Assembly (NCBI RefSeq): GCF_018977255.1
Contig: NW_024704744.1
Span: forward strand, 69,750,001 to 69,814,000
Source: Callorhinchus milii
Taxonomy: Eukaryota
DNA length: 64,000 bases
Direction of reading: 5' to 3'
Of this stretch, positions 23,736-37,398 are shown in pieces; the first letter of the stretch is position 1, and each line of letters begins with the position of its first letter. The position numbers were made by a program, and so were the translations under genes. The notes beneath the pieces were generated by a model that saw only the letters and a program-made list of their open reading frames with translations, had not been told where the DNA came from and did not search any database.

Positions 23736-24480
23736 CACGGTTCTCACCTCCACCTACCCGACCTCCCCCTAAAACTCCAAACCCGTATGCAACCTAGGCA
23801 TCAGCTTCAAACCCCAATTATCCTTCCTCCCCCACATCCGGTCCCTCACCAGCACCACTTCCACCTCTGATGCATCGCCCGTCTCCGCCAATACCTCTCT
23901 CCGAGTGCCGTTGAAGCCCTGGTCCATGCCTTTGTCACCTCTCGGCTGGACTATTCAAACACCCTCCTTGCCGGCCTCCCCTCCACTACCATTCATAAAA
24001 TCCAGATTATTCAAAACTCTGGCGCCTGCATTCTCACCCGCACCGAACTTCACTCCCCGATTACCCCAGTGCTTGCCAGACTGCACTGGCTGCCTGTCCC
24101 AGAGAGGATCGACTTCAAGATCCTCACCCTTGTCTTCAAATCCCTCCACTCCTCTACACCCCCCTACCTCTCTGATTTCTCCTTAAAACAATGCCTGTTG
24201 CCTTTGTTCCTCCAGTCTGGCCTCCTCCTTGTCCCCCTAGTCCTCTGCTTCACCCTTGCCGGCCGTGCCTTCAGCCACTACGCCCTGAGGCTCTGGAACT
24301 CGCTTCCTCACTCCCTTCGCATCGCCCCATCTCTTCCTATTTTCAGGTCTCTGTTGAAGACCTTTTCGACCACGCCTTTGGTCACCTTTCTCCCCCTCCC
24401 TCGGCCCTGGGATCCGTTACTGTGAAGCGCTCTGAGATGCTGTCCGGCGTGGAGGGCGCTATATAAATCCTTATTGTTGT
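23736..24480 (+). mobile_element. L2 LINE 3' fragment
   Basis: LARLHWLPVPERIDFKILTLVFKSLH...GRAFSHYALRLWNSLP and tail GGCGCTATATAAAT. Confidence 0.85.
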
Positions 24481-24489
24481 CAAAATATC

Positions 24490-24870
24490 TCTGTGTTTCT
24501 CAGGATTTACTGCAGAGTGTAGCATTCTGTATTTGTATGACATGGCAACCAATTTGTGTGCAGCAATGTCCCGCAAACAGCTCTGAAGTGAATGACAATT
24601 TTAACTTGAGAATTGTTGGCAAGTATCCTGGGAGAAACTCCTCTCTTTTTAAATAGTGCCATGGATCTTTAATATCCACCTGACCAGGTAGATAGGACCT
24701 TGATTCAATGTCTTATCCAAAGGATGTCATCGCTAACAATGCAGTACACCCAGTAATGCTGTGGAGTATCAGCTTAGACAATGAAACACTATATGTTCTG
24801 ACATGGGGCTTGAACCATAACCTTCTGACTCAAAGACAACAGCACTACTAACTGAGCTAGGATGACTGAA
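24490..24870 (-). mobile_element. Older long Deu-domain SINE (SacSINE1-like)
   Basis: Reverse complement of ATTAAAGATCCATGGCACTATTT...GAGTTTCTCCCAGGATACTTGCCAAC plus the Deu core. Relatives near 10000, 14030, 26730, 28760, 41220, 46900, 51410 and 54585. Confidence 0.6.
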
Positions 24871-26083
24871 GTAGCAAGATTTTATAGAAAGATTCTGTAC
24901 CAAAACTCCTTTATGTCCTGCCCAGTTTAATCTGCTTCAGTGCAATTTAATGACTATTCAAATCCTTGATCTAATCTGCTTTAGAAACCTGTGATGGTGG
25001 AGCTCTGAAGTTTGGGTGTCTTAACTAACTATATTAAACATTGCACTACTCTGTCCTTGCTGTGAGCCATCAGCATATTGCAAGAGCTCAAGACAAAAAT
25101 TCAGCTAGCCGACCCTGTTGTTTGGGTCAAGCAGTCTGGTCATTGTTGGAGCAAACACCAAATTACTGAGTTAATGGCCACTCCTACTACACATTTGTAC
25201 CTACAAATCAGGCAGATGAGAAGAGTTGAATGGGCAGCGCGAGCCTGAGTTGTGGTTGTCTCATTATTGGAAGCTTGACTGCTCCATACACAACAATGAC
25301 TCATGTGTAGAACAGGCTCCAGGGCCTATGCCTAACTGCTCCCTAACCAAATTGAACATTAGTAACAATCTGCTGACAGGCCAATACTCGCCGTTGCCAG
25401 ATAGGATGTTTCTGAAAGCCAGTTGCTGCTTGACAAGCCAAACTTCTTTAAACGTGCATCCAGATACTTTTTCCAACAATTGACAACTAATGGTTCTCAA
25501 TTTCTCAATGAAAATAAAAATTGAGAAACAAAAAACATTGTTCAATCAACAGTTACCTAAATCTCTGGATTATGATTTCATTTATTTCATAATAAGTTCA
25601 AAATATTCAAACATACTGAAGTGTGATTTCTAGCCAATTAGAGGCTTCAAAATAGCAATGCATCTTGAAATCTGCAGTAAAAGAACATTTTAACTTTTGG
25701 TCTTATACCATTTCTTCCCCCTGCTGGATAGGTTCATAGGTGCTATCTGTGCAACATTTTTGAGAGCAGTTCATTACTCCAGGAGATAATCAAGCCTATG
25801 GTCCAGTAAATCTGATGTATTGAGCATTCTTTGAACTCACAATATGGTCTTACCGTGTTTGCAGATTGAACCTGACCTACCTGCAGACAAGATTTCCTGA
25901 CCACATAATTCATATGGCAGAGCTTACACATTACTACATCCAGACCAAAATCCATGAGCATATGATTTGTGTTGCTTCAGGTAGCCGGGACCCACTGGCC
26001 TAACTGGTACTTCCTGTATCCTTGCCTTTGAAATGCACCATTGTTATAGCAGAACTTTTGCTTGAGCTTTGCACTAGGCACGA

Positions 26084-26272
26084 TTATACTGGGTTGGGTT
26101 GTGATATATTTACAATGTCAGTACTGGGTTCATCCACCACCTGGCAATGTTCCCAGCCTTTATATACTTGAATCACATCCTCGAAAGTTATTTTCCAGCA
26201 ATAACGTTTTAGCAATCTGTTTTTCCTAGAGTCCAGAAACCCTGAGCTGCAACTGAGTCTATGTTCAAGCTC
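26084..26272 (-). pseudogene. Possible degenerate integrase zinc-binding (H2C2) domain relic
   Basis: Stop-bounded frame ELEHRLSCSSGFLDSRKNRLLKRYCWKITFEDVIQVYKGWEHCQ resembles H..GHLG..KT..RYYW...DV..Y...C..CQ, but two of the four ligands are substituted. Confidence 0.25.
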
Positions 26273-27885
26273 CTAACTTGTAAAAATAGCCATTTTGAAG
26301 ATCTGTTAGAGCTTTGAGAACATATCTGGATGACTTCTTCCAGAAAACGCTTGCAAGAATACTCTTTCGACACACTACACCTGATCAAAATGCATGAACA
26401 ATAAAACAATTAAATTATATTCATTGTTGTTGGAGGCATTGAAAGAATTGCAGTCATGATCAAGTTGACATTTTCATTCAAAATGTTTGGAGTCACTTGG
26501 GTGTTGATGGGTATGTCATGTTTTTCAGTGACCACACCCTACCTGTCATGTGCTGAACCTGTAGAATCACTTTGACTATTCCTTGGTATCTTTAGGATGA
26601 TCAACATGCTGATTCTGCCAGTATCTATTTTTCTCATGAAACCTACTTCACTTTTGCTGATGTTATAGACATATAGAATCAACAGACTGCAGATGGAAAG
26701 CAAACAGTTTCTGCCTGTAAGGGGGAGGCTATCCTTGTATTTGGTATATCACCTTATCATGTTGTATCGTCTCAAAGCGCTTCAAAGGATTTTACTATGA
26801 AGTGCAGTGACTGTTTGTAGTGGAACGTGGTAGCGAATATGCACACATCATTGTCCCACAAACAGCTATGAAGTGAATGACCAATTTTCATTTGGGGGGC
26901 TGTTGGCCAGGACACCAAGAGAAACTCCCTTCTCTTTTCAAATAGTGCCATGGGATCCTTAATATCCATCTGAACAGCAAGACATGGGTTTGGTATAACA
27001 TGTCCTCCATGTACATTATGGAGCACGTCATTATCTTAAAATGCAAGCTACTATGTTAAGTTGAGAAGATAAACTCAATAAACCCACCCTGCCTATGGTA
27101 ACTGTCCCTTGTGTTTGAGTACACGCACCTTCACAATTCGGACTTCACACTTCAGAGACACTCGATATCATCCATTTTAGCATATGTAATATAATTGGTT
27201 GTCCAGCAGGAGGAGCTATGACACAGTCTATTGGGAAAACGCTTGCTCTCATTACGAAAACTCGAACAGCAGATAAACTGAATCTTTAGTATATTTAGTA
27301 AGCATAAGCCACCATTTACAGTAACAATTCTATTCTGGTGAGCAGTTAGTTATAGGAACAGTTCAGCACTTGGAAAAAACACAATGCAAGGATCTGTCCA
27401 GTTAAAAACCAAGACAGAATTTGCAACACTATACCTCAGACTGACTTTTACTTTAGAAATGTATCTACAACCACACAAGGTAAGAAAGGCAGTGATTTTC
27501 TTTTATGAGATGTATTTTTCATCCGAATAACCTTGAGGTAAGATGGAACTCACACTCTGGATTCTAAAATATGTGCTTCATTCAGTTGCTTTTGAATTCA
27601 GACATGTAATAATAATATTGGGTTATTAGGTCAGCCCTCATGATCAGCAATGCAGTAAAAGATAACTGCAGCCAGTATTACTATACAAATACTTTATATT
27701 TCGCTTACAGAAATATAAAACCGGCAATTTAAAAAGTACAGTACTAACCAGACTGTTCAAATGAAAATCGCCACTTAAGTCACCGATGTTTAATAAAGCA
27801 ACATGCTTTTGGGATCCAACTGTATTACTAATGTACATGTACAAGACTCTTTCAGCAGATGCTGGTTTCTTGCTTAAACTCCCCA

Positions 27886-28032
27886 TCATAAAGTATTGCT
27901 GATCTTCTCTTTATATTTTTTCAGCCGAAGCAGCCACTTCTGCCAGTACTTGAGGCACAGATCAGAGTCCATAAAGTGGGGGTGCGCTGGGGAACCATCT
28001 TTGTACGCAATTACAATCAGTCCATGCTGAAC
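27886..28032 (-). CDS. MGME1: MGME1 last coding exon
   Basis: VQHGLIVIAYKDGSPAHPHFMDSDLCLKYWQKWLLRLKKY...TL*. Acceptor TCCTTCAG. Confidence 0.93.
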   Translation of the reverse strand, partial: VQHGLIVIAYKDGSPAHPHFMDSDLCLKYWQKWLLRLKKYKEKISNTL

Positions 28033-29261
28033 CTGAAGGATTAAAAACACACCAGTCACTTAGCAATCATTCACCTCTGAGTAAAGGTACAAAACAAAGC
28101 AAAACACAGCAGTAAAAACATACTTAGCTCAAATTAAAATGTTATTTCTTAAGCTCTCCAGGGGCCATGCATCCTCTCTATTCTCTGCCAAAGCCATTTC
28201 AATTCAGTGAGAGCTATGTCTTATACAAATAGTTGCTTCACAAAATAATCTTATGCTGAAATTAAAAACAAATTCCTATAAAGTCGATGTCTCAAAATAT
28301 TTCAGTTAATTGATTTTGAGCGTAGTCACTGCAGGCAAATGCAGCAACCACATTGCATAAACAGATGAACCCTGGCTAGCTGGACTAATGGAGGGGGGGG
28401 TTAGAATCGGTCCAATGAGCCAGAATTTCCAGCTAAGTGTAATTACAATGCTGGTAAAAAGATGCATATGCAGGGCCGATAAATGACTGTAATACATCTA
28501 CTGGCATTTTCTGGCAGTGCATACGCATTTCTACTAATGTATAGAAAAAGTAGTCACTAACCCACACGGCCACCGAATGCCAAAGGAAGGGCAGTGAGGT
28601 GGGAAGCTGTGGGATCACGTTGGCTGCTCAACGCATCGTTGGCACGCATGAGGAGAGATGGGCCAGCAGGAATCTACACACAGGCCCGCAAAAATTTTTG
28701 GCCCTCGGTAATCAAAAAATTTGGGTTTCAGGCCCAGTCCAGCTAGGGTAACCTGCAGGTACCTGTATGTGAAGAAGCTGTCTGTAGATAGATCTTACAA
28801 ACAGTATAAACTGAATGACCAATTTATCTTAAACACTGTCAGCCAGAAAGAAACCCCCTTCTCACTTCAAAAAGTATCATGGGACATTGATAATGTCCAC
28901 CTGAATAGGCAGTTGGGACCTTGTCTTAACACATTGAAGGATGGCATTTCTGAGTGTCAGTCTATACTTTGAGCTCAAGTCTTAGTATAGGGTTTGAACT
29001 GACAAACTTCTGACCCAGAGGCAAGTGAGCTACAAACTGAGCCAAGCACAGACCCTGCTGTTTGAGTTTATTTTCCTCTCTTTCACTTCTTTCTGTGCAT
29101 CAAATCTGGCTAAGAAGAGAACCAAATAAGCTGCCTCAAGATGAGAGTAATGCAGCCAGATACTAGGTTTGCTGGAGGAAGGCCCAAGTTGAAACCCACA
29201 TTTCTCTTCCCCTCAGTAGCAAGGTTGGGACTGGCAACATTAAATTATGTTTTCAAACAGT

Positions 29262-29525
29262 GAAGCCCTGTAGCGTAGTGGTTAGATCACTCGCTTCGCA
29301 AGCAAGAGGAACTGGGTTCAATTCCCAGGCATGGCGAAATGTTCCTTACTCCACACGGCTCTGTTTACCTACCAATAAGTAGGAACCCAGTTGTTAAGTC
29401 GATTGGCGGATCAGTTTTCACCCTGAAAATATGCAGTCAATTCACTTTACAGTATTTTCTGTGAAGCTCTTTGAGATGTGATAATGCACTATATCAAATG
29501 TAGGGATTATTATACTATATTATTA
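29262..29525 (+). mobile_element. Diverged tRNA-derived SINE variant
   Basis: Head CCTGTAGCGTAGTGGTTAGATCACTCGCTTCGCAAG and the shared L2-like tail, with a different central segment. Confidence 0.65.
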
Positions 29526-29835
29526 CTGCTTCACAAAACAGTGCATTGGAAGTTCAAAACCATACATGACTGCACTGCTGCACCTTCCTGCCCTTCAAAC
29601 CAACTAAATCCCCCTCATATTGGGGACACAAGTTTTCTCGTTTATGCATTTTTTTGTACAACTGTTTGTGGGACACTGCTGTGCACAATTGGCTGCCACA
29701 TTTCAACCACAAAATATACAGTTAATCCATTTTACAATATATTCTTGATGGGCTTTGAGACGTTTCAACGACGTGATGAGGTGCTAAATCAAATGCAAGG
29801 ATTATTATATATATATATAGACACACACACTGTAC

Positions 29836-29968
29836 CTGAAAGTCATAGTTGTTGTCATGGTTGAGGGCACCAGTGTATGCAGCCACTTGAATTGGGTTGT
29901 CAAATGTGTTCCTCAAATATGGTTTGGGTTTTTCAGATGTTTTCCAGTCAATTACACATAATTTACCT
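29836..29968 (-). CDS. MGME1: MGME1 coding exon 3 (PD-(D/E)XK nuclease DWK motif)
   Basis: [44 protein letters not shown]; 133 nt; AG/GT boundaries. Confidence 0.95.
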
Positions 29969-31095
29969 CTGGATTTTTAAAAAAAAGTAGAGTTGAGTCC
30001 AAGTCTGCTTTCCCCCCCGTTCCCCTTTTCCTTGTACTCCAGCACCTTGACCAAGTTGTGTGAGCCACAACAGGGAGCGTTGATAGGCTCTTCAACCACA
30101 GGAGTATTGCATGATCCTCTTGTCATTAGTCACTCATACTCTTTCCAGCAAGTGGGGGGTGGGGGGAGTCAATAAGAATGAAATCAGGAATAGGAATACC
30201 AGCGATTTTCCCATTCCTGAACCAGGGTGATGAAGCCAATTGTTGCCCCAACTGCCCTACTGCAACCTTGAGACCATTCTGTTCTTTTTTAGGGGAGGTG
30301 GAGGGATACAGGTGTCACTGGTTGCAAATCAAAATAACTGAATAACCTCGCTGTCACAAGCCCCTGCTTCATTCTCTATGCAATGGCAGTGCAGGTTCCA
30401 GCAGCATTTATGAGACTGTGCCCATTTTCAGAGGTCCTCAAGTTCAACGAGAAACTTCTTTTCCCCTTAAAAATTAATAAGAAAGAAAAAGGATATGTAG
30501 GATCTCACATAAGGGCACCAAGCTATCAGGAGACTGTCACATCACAGAATGGAAAGGGGATGAAAGCTGCCTCATCTCAAATATTCATCATTTCATGGTC
30601 AGGAAGCACTGTTAGCAACCATCCATTTCATATCCATATTAAGAAAAGCATTACCCCGAAAATCATAAGACTCCATGACAAATACATAATATCTGAAATC
30701 TTGTGGGGGGTTCACAGTTTTATAACAGCCATCTGAGCGAGGTACCACAGGGTGACTGATATACATGGTACCTCAGTACCTGGAAGGAATCAAACATCTT
30801 TAGGAGATGAAGAGATGGAGGGAAGGTTTTCCCTGCATCCTGACCTCAGAAAAATACTAAACAAGGAAAACAAATGTTTGCATTTAACTGTAGACAAATG
30901 CAGTTACACAAAGATCTGAGCAGTTAACGGCATTGTGCCTGAATAATTCATTCAAAAACAAAAGTTAGATTACGTTGCTATCCCACTTACTACCAACATC
31001 TTTTCATTAGAAATGAAAGCAAAAAAAGGCAGTGATGTTTAGAATTTGTTTTAAAAGGCTGCAATGTTAAAACATATCAATGTAACTTCAGTTAC

Positions 31096-31309
31096 CTAAA
31101 GTCTGCTACACAGTCCACCATCCCCACATACTGCAATGGCTGGTGATGCACAGCACTCTCCAAAACTTGGACGCGTCTGACATCTTTCAGGACGTGCTCC
31201 ACGCTTTGCAAGTAACCAGCAATCTTCTCACTATCTGATTTTGGAGTTTCTGCTGACTGCAGAGCCACTTCCAGAGCAGCATGGAAGAGCTTTCCTTGAT
31301 TCAGAAGAT
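31096..31309 (-). CDS. MGME1: MGME1 coding exon 2
   Basis: LLNQGKLFHAALE...GYLQSVEHVLKDV...LESAVHHQPLQYVGMVDCVADF; 214 nt; phases 1 and 2 fit the neighbouring exons. Confidence 0.94.
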
Positions 31310-33479
31310 CTGGAAAAAAAGTTAAAATATGTTTTACTGCGTATATTTCAAAAGCTGTCATCTAATGCAGGTAGTTAGCAAAGCCCAGACAATTACCAAA
31401 GGGAAGGAAGCACCTTGTTGGTTGGTTTAGCTTTGGCCCATTTAGGGGAGTGAAGTAAGCGGGGTCTCCTGGGAGCTGAACTGTCTCCCAAGTTGACATG
31501 CTTGGCAATGGAATATTGGAACCTAATGCTTTCCAGAATTATTAAGCAGGATGCTTCCCTCTTGGGATAGTGCAAACTCCATTCAAACAATCTATCTCTA
31601 GAATTTCCATGTGTAAGTGGGATGCATGAAATTTTCAGTTTGGTTCAGATATTCCTGAGCATGGTGATAGGTTTTCGCATGACCGAGAAAAAGTTATCTA
31701 ATCAAGATGGTCAGATATTGTGAAACTGAAAGAACAAAACCAGACTTGTTTGCGACTCACCTCAATCCTGTAACTAATCTTGAAATCACCCGTTAAGATT
31801 TTTGGGGGACAATTTTCACTCTCTTGTCTTGAAGGCTGAGACTCATGAAGGTACATGTCCATGGCCACCCAAGTGCTCATGTGTGAACTGGGTCAGTGAG
31901 TATTGGACTATTTGACTGTGAAGCAGCATCACAGCAGAAATAGAGCATGCCTTCACTCAACATCCACAGATTTGAACTTCCCAGTACAGAGTTTCATATT
32001 CATCACAAGTGGGAACCTTGGCTATTTACTCCTCCCTAACCCAAGGATATAGAGTGCAATAGTAATGCTTCAATTGCTTCCTTGATAATTCAGTGCACAG
32101 CAGAAGCAATGGTTTCCTTACTGCAGGTTCATAATGATGTTGACATCTGCCATTGTTTACAGGGAACGTCTGTGTACAGGAAAGGTTAGAACAACATCAA
32201 ATAGGGCGAACCCATGCAATATTATTTATATCCCACAAATGTGTCACTTGACTTATGGTCAGCATTATGAATGAGAGATCATGGTTTGACAGTAACTCCT
32301 TGTGTATTCTATTTATGTCACATGTGAATAGAAAATATATAACGCTGCTTTAAATCTGTGCTATGTGGATTGGTTTAGATCAAATGAGTCTTTCTTATCC
32401 TCTTCTCACACATTCAGCTTCATAGTTTATCAAAAAATTATGAAAAAATGTTTGATGAAGATTACAGTCACATGTAGTTCAATTAGGAGTGATATTTTTC
32501 TGCATTTCTTTGAACAGTCATTGGATCATTGGTCGAACAAATTGGTTGGAAATACAATGAAGCATGTTACTGGGGGAATCCACCATTTTAGGGAGAGAAA
32601 ACATCCAGAAAATCACGTTTATTATGCAAATAATTTTGCAATACAATATGATTCTTGAGATATATTGTAAAGCAGTTGGAAAACAGCTGGAAAAAGCTTA
32701 ACTTCTACCTTTATAGGGAGACAATACCCTTTAAACATAATTATATAGTTTAAGATATTAATAACTATGGGAGCAGGGAGGGGAAGTCCACTTTAAGGTG
32801 AACAGGCTCCAGGGTGACATGTTTGGTAATGGAATGCTGGAATTGAATCAAGTCTCCTTAATGGTCTCGGTAATCCAATTCCTAAATCAAGCGGATCCAC
32901 AGCAGCATCAGGGCACTACTGCTGACAGACCAGCCAACCTGGCTGATATGCTGGAAATGGAGAGGTAGGTGCACTCACTAGGAGCAGTGATTCTTCTCAT
33001 TCAGTTTCTATTAACCTAAAAGCTAGAGCCCTAATGGATAGGGTGACTGGGAGTGGCAGAAGCTTGCCATATAGTGCTCCCAATGGCAAGCTCTGCGATT
33101 TTAGCTGGTTAAACTCCAGCAGCAGTCTAATGCACACTCTGGGGACTCCAAACCTTAGCTCTTGGCAACCTGTGTCTAATTCTCTCTGGAATTAAGTAAG
33201 AAGAATGCATCCCTCCAGGGAAAGAGGGTGCATTCAATCCCAGACACATGGTACTCTCATTTTGATTTGGATACTCTTTAAGTATGGTGATGGGTTTCCT
33301 CATGCATCACCAAGACATCCAGATGATCAATAAGAAACAATAACGATTAGATTTAGGACATAAAGACTTTTCAATATCTCAAAATGAATTGAAGAATATC
33401 TACTTTAAACAGCCAGATCAGGTCCATAGGTGGCCACTTTCCCAGAAGGCTGTACTTCAGTACCAGACAACACACTTAC

Positions 33480-34032
33480 TATTATTGTACTCTTTAAATC
33501 CCTCTTCTCCCAGCTCGGTTATCATTCTGCGTTTCCACCTCTCCAAGTAAAATGCTTGCTCCAAGGACATCGTCAGCTGCAGGACGCGCGTCACACTAGG
33601 CAGGCTTGCCTTTGAATAGACCCTCCTCAAAGCAATCTGGAGTGGTTGTTTTAATGCAGTCTCCTGTGTCAAGCCAGCACTGTGACCAGTGTTCAAGGGA
33701 GCTGACATCTTTGGGATTTCAGCTTTTGAGTCATCTGTGGTTGGCTTTGATTTAATGACTGGGCCGTATAACAGATCATCCTCACCAAACAGCGTTTCAG
33801 GGGTCTGAGGGCTGGTCTTCGCTGAAACAACAGAGCGAACTAAAGAGGCATATTTCTGTTGATCAACCTGCTCATATTGACTCAGGTTCCTTTTCCGATT
33901 ATTAAAGGAACAGGAGGTAGAAAAGTAATGACTACAGTAGATCAGGTTTTCCGGTAGCAGTCTCCAGTGCTGCTTGAAGGGTTTTCTCAGTCCTCTGCAG
34001 ATTGCAGTGTTTAAGAAACCAAAGTAATGCAT
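33480..34032 (-). CDS. MGME1: MGME1 mitochondrial genome maintenance exonuclease 1, coding exon 1
   Basis: Basic N-terminus, YEQVDQQKYASLVRSV, LPSVTRVLQLTMSLEQAFYLERWKRRMITELGEEGFKEY. Donor A|GTAAGT at 33479; acceptor at 34115. Confidence 0.93.
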
Positions 34033-35012
34033 TCCCTGGGGTGATGCTTAAGAATACAGGTCAATCCTTTTTCACTCCACTACAGTATGCCTGATTTATA
34101 ATGGTCCTGGTCATCTGAAATGAAAGCATATTATACACATAATTTTGTTTCTAATGTTTCTGGAACTGCCTTCCTCACTCCCTTCGCCTCACCCCCTCTC
34201 TTCCTACTTTCAGGTCTCTGCTGAAGACCTTTCTTTTCTACCGCGCCTTTGGTCACCTTCCTCCCCTCCCCCTGGCTCAGCCCCAGGATCCGTTACTGTG
34301 AAGTGCTCTGAGACGCCGTCCAGCGTGGAGAGCGCTATATAAATCAAAGTTGTTGTTATTGTAAATCTTGCAAAATTTTATATCAGTCTTCTTGTAAAAT
34401 TAAGAACAATTGGGGGCTGAGGGGAAACAGGAAGAAATTATCCCTTCCTTTTTGAATAGTGTTATGAGTTCCTTAATGCTGACCTCAACAGACAGACTTG
34501 GACCACAGTTTAACATCTCACCCAAAATCAGGATTCCTCCAACCAAGCAGCTGAGAACACAAAATTCAATGGTTGGCTACAGTGAAACAATAAAGATTAT
34601 CTTGGTTTGTGTTCAGGATGGCCAAGCGGAGGCTGTTATCATTGCTTGGCTGAGAAAGTGAGACACCCATTAGTCTTTGTTTGCCGAGAAGTACAACTTG
34701 TGAGTTAGCGAAGAAAATAATGGATAAGTTTCTTCTCCTGATTGCTGTTCAGTGACCCCTGCAGGAAAGAACTCCAAGGTAGCTATTGCCATATCAAACC
34801 CAAACTTGTTTCTCCCATATTATTAATGCTTCTCCAAACTTTCAATGTAGTTCTTCAAATACATTGCCCTATGCTTACTTTGTCATCTTTGCCTGTTCAC
34901 AGTGTTGAAAGTGCACTACTCATTGGACTATTTTCTACTTTCGACTTATTCTTTGCCAAGACCACAAGTTTGCAGAACTCTTTACTTTCGACATATATAC
35001 TGCATATTAGTA

Positions 35013-35295
35013 CAGTAAACTCCTAATAACTCGATCCTGGCTTAACTCGTCACTACCACTTAAGTCATCATGCTGAAAATATCCTGACCCCATTTATTGA
35101 TGTATTTATACACAAATATACAGTCAATTAACTTTACAGTATATTCTGTGAAGCGCTTTGAGACGTCTGCAAGACGTGAAAAGCGCTATATCAAATGCAA
35201 GGTTTATTATTATACAAATGCCTAACTGACACTTGTGATAACTCGTCACTGCCCCTTTTCTTTTGGAGTGACGAGTTATCAGTAAGGTATAACTG
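35013..35295. mobile_element. MITE copy 2, interrupted by a SINE 3' tail
   Basis: TA|CAGTAAACTCCTAATAACTCG and internal sequence collinear with 603-770. A SINE tail is inserted at about 35110-35210. Confidence 0.6.
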
Positions 35296-36036
35296 CACTA
35301 CCCTTTTCTCCAACAGTGGTAAAACTATTGATGGTAATTATTAACAGTTTGTTTACCACATTTTTATCTCTCAGGGTTACAGTAATCTTACATGAATACG
35401 ATCTATGTGTTATGTGTGCCATAGAAAATAGGACAGTGAATCATTTGCTTTTGAACCGGACTCTTGGATGCAAAATAATACTTGTGAGTGTGGTGGTTGT
35501 GTTACACTCCCACCCGTTCCTTGTACTCCATAAAATACCATGCATTTGTTGAAAACTTCTGAAGAAATTGCAAGATTTATGCATCCAGGGTGAAAACCGA
35601 ATGACACAATAAATGGGATCACTTGGTAGGTAGATGACTAATCCCAATTTGCTCTTCAGATGTACAGTCTTATTATGAATACATTTTATCACAGAAACAG
35701 GCTTCACCTTTTTTTTCTCTACAATCACAAGGTGGAAACTTTGACTCTTGACTTATGCGATAAACAAAAATGTTGAAAAGCTTGAATAGTTTTCATATAA
35801 TCCCAAACTTTTTATTTGCAATGACATGTGACAACTGGGGTTGCGAGTAAAAAATTTCAAAGAGGAAGGCAAAATATTTGAGAATAAAATACATCCATAG
35901 ATATTGAGCAACTAGAAACAGAGTTTTTTTTAGGTATTTTGTGCATTACAGTAAAGTTCACATAGGTCGTCATATCAGTCAGAACCGTAACATTTAATAT
36001 GACTGACATGAAGTCCGAGTTGCAGGCAAACTGTAT

Positions 36037-37398
36037 AACAACAAAATAATATTTGTATAGCGCCTTTCATGTCGGGAGGACGTCCCAAGGCGCTGGACAG
36101 TCAGTGTTTCGGACCCAAGCTGGGGATCGGGAGGGTGGATGGCAGTGTGGGGAAGCAGGGAGATCAAAAGCACGGTCGAAGAGGAGCATCTTGAGATCTG
36201 TCTTGAAGGAGTTAAGGGAGGGGGCGAGGCGGAGGGACTGCAGGAAGGTGTTCCAGAGGGTGGGGGCAGAGTGGCAGAAGGGCCACTCGCCAATAGTGGG
36301 GCGAATGAGGTGGGGGACGTGAAGCAGGCCGGGGTCCACTGAGCGGAGGGAGCGAGTGGGATAGTCGGGGATTAGGAGGTCGCAGACATAGGGGGGAGCA
36401 AGACCATAGAGGGCTTTGAAGGTGAGGACCAGGATCTTGAACTGGATCCTCTGTTTGATGGGAAACCAGTGGAGTCGGGTGAGGATTGGGGTGATAGGAT
36501 TACAGAGCCTGGTGCGGGAGAGGATATGGGCTACAGAGTTCTAGATGATCTGCAGCCTATGGAGGAAGGAGTTGGGGAGGCCAACAAGCAAAGCGTTTGC
36601 ATAGTCAAGCCTCGATGTAATAAAAGAATGTATGAGGGTTTTGGCGGCCTGCGGTGTGAGACAGTGGTGGAACCAGGTGATGTTGCGGAGATGGGGGAAG
36701 GCAAAGCGGATCATGGCACAGATGTGGGGCAGAAAGGATAGTTGAAATTCCAGACTGGCTGAACAAGGTGGAGAGTGCAACCATGGATGGTGATGCTGTC
36801 AGCGCCTGAGGTGAGAAGGCTCTGATAGAAGCCAATCAGGAGAGCCTCGGTCTTGCTGATGTTCAACTGAAGAAAATTAGTTCTCATCCAGGACTTGATG
36901 TGGGACAGACATTCTGTCAGGGCAGCAGTGGTCCTGGAGTCAAGGGGGAGACGTAAAGGTAGAGTTGGGTGTCATCCGCATACATGTGGATGTTGACCCC
37001 ACATCTGCGGATGATGTCACTAAGAGGGAGCATATAGATATTGAAGAGGAAGGGACCAAGAACAGAGCCCTGAGGAACGCTGCACGAGACAGTGCGGGGG
37101 CTGGAGAAGAAACCGTTTGTGGAGATGAAGTGGAGGCGATGTGAGAAGCGTGATCTGACCCAGTCAAGGATACAGCCATGAAAGTTGAGGTGAGGGAGGC
37201 AGTGGATGAGGATAGAGTGGTCGACAGTGTCGAATGCAGCAGAGAGGTCAAGGAGGACGAGGAGGCAGAGGGAGCCCTGGTCGCAGATGGATAGACTTTC
37301 ATTTGTCACTTTGACCAGAGCTGTTTCTGTGCTGTGGGCGGCACGGAAACCCGATTGGAGGGGTTCATAAAGGGAGTGGCGCGAGAGAAAGGAGCGAT
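36037..37398 (-). mobile_element. L2 LINE fragment (RT domain to 3' end)
   Basis: LVLLDLSAAFDTVDHSIL, VPQGSVLGPFLFNIYM, HMYADDTQLY, SRLDYANALL. Confidence 0.92.
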
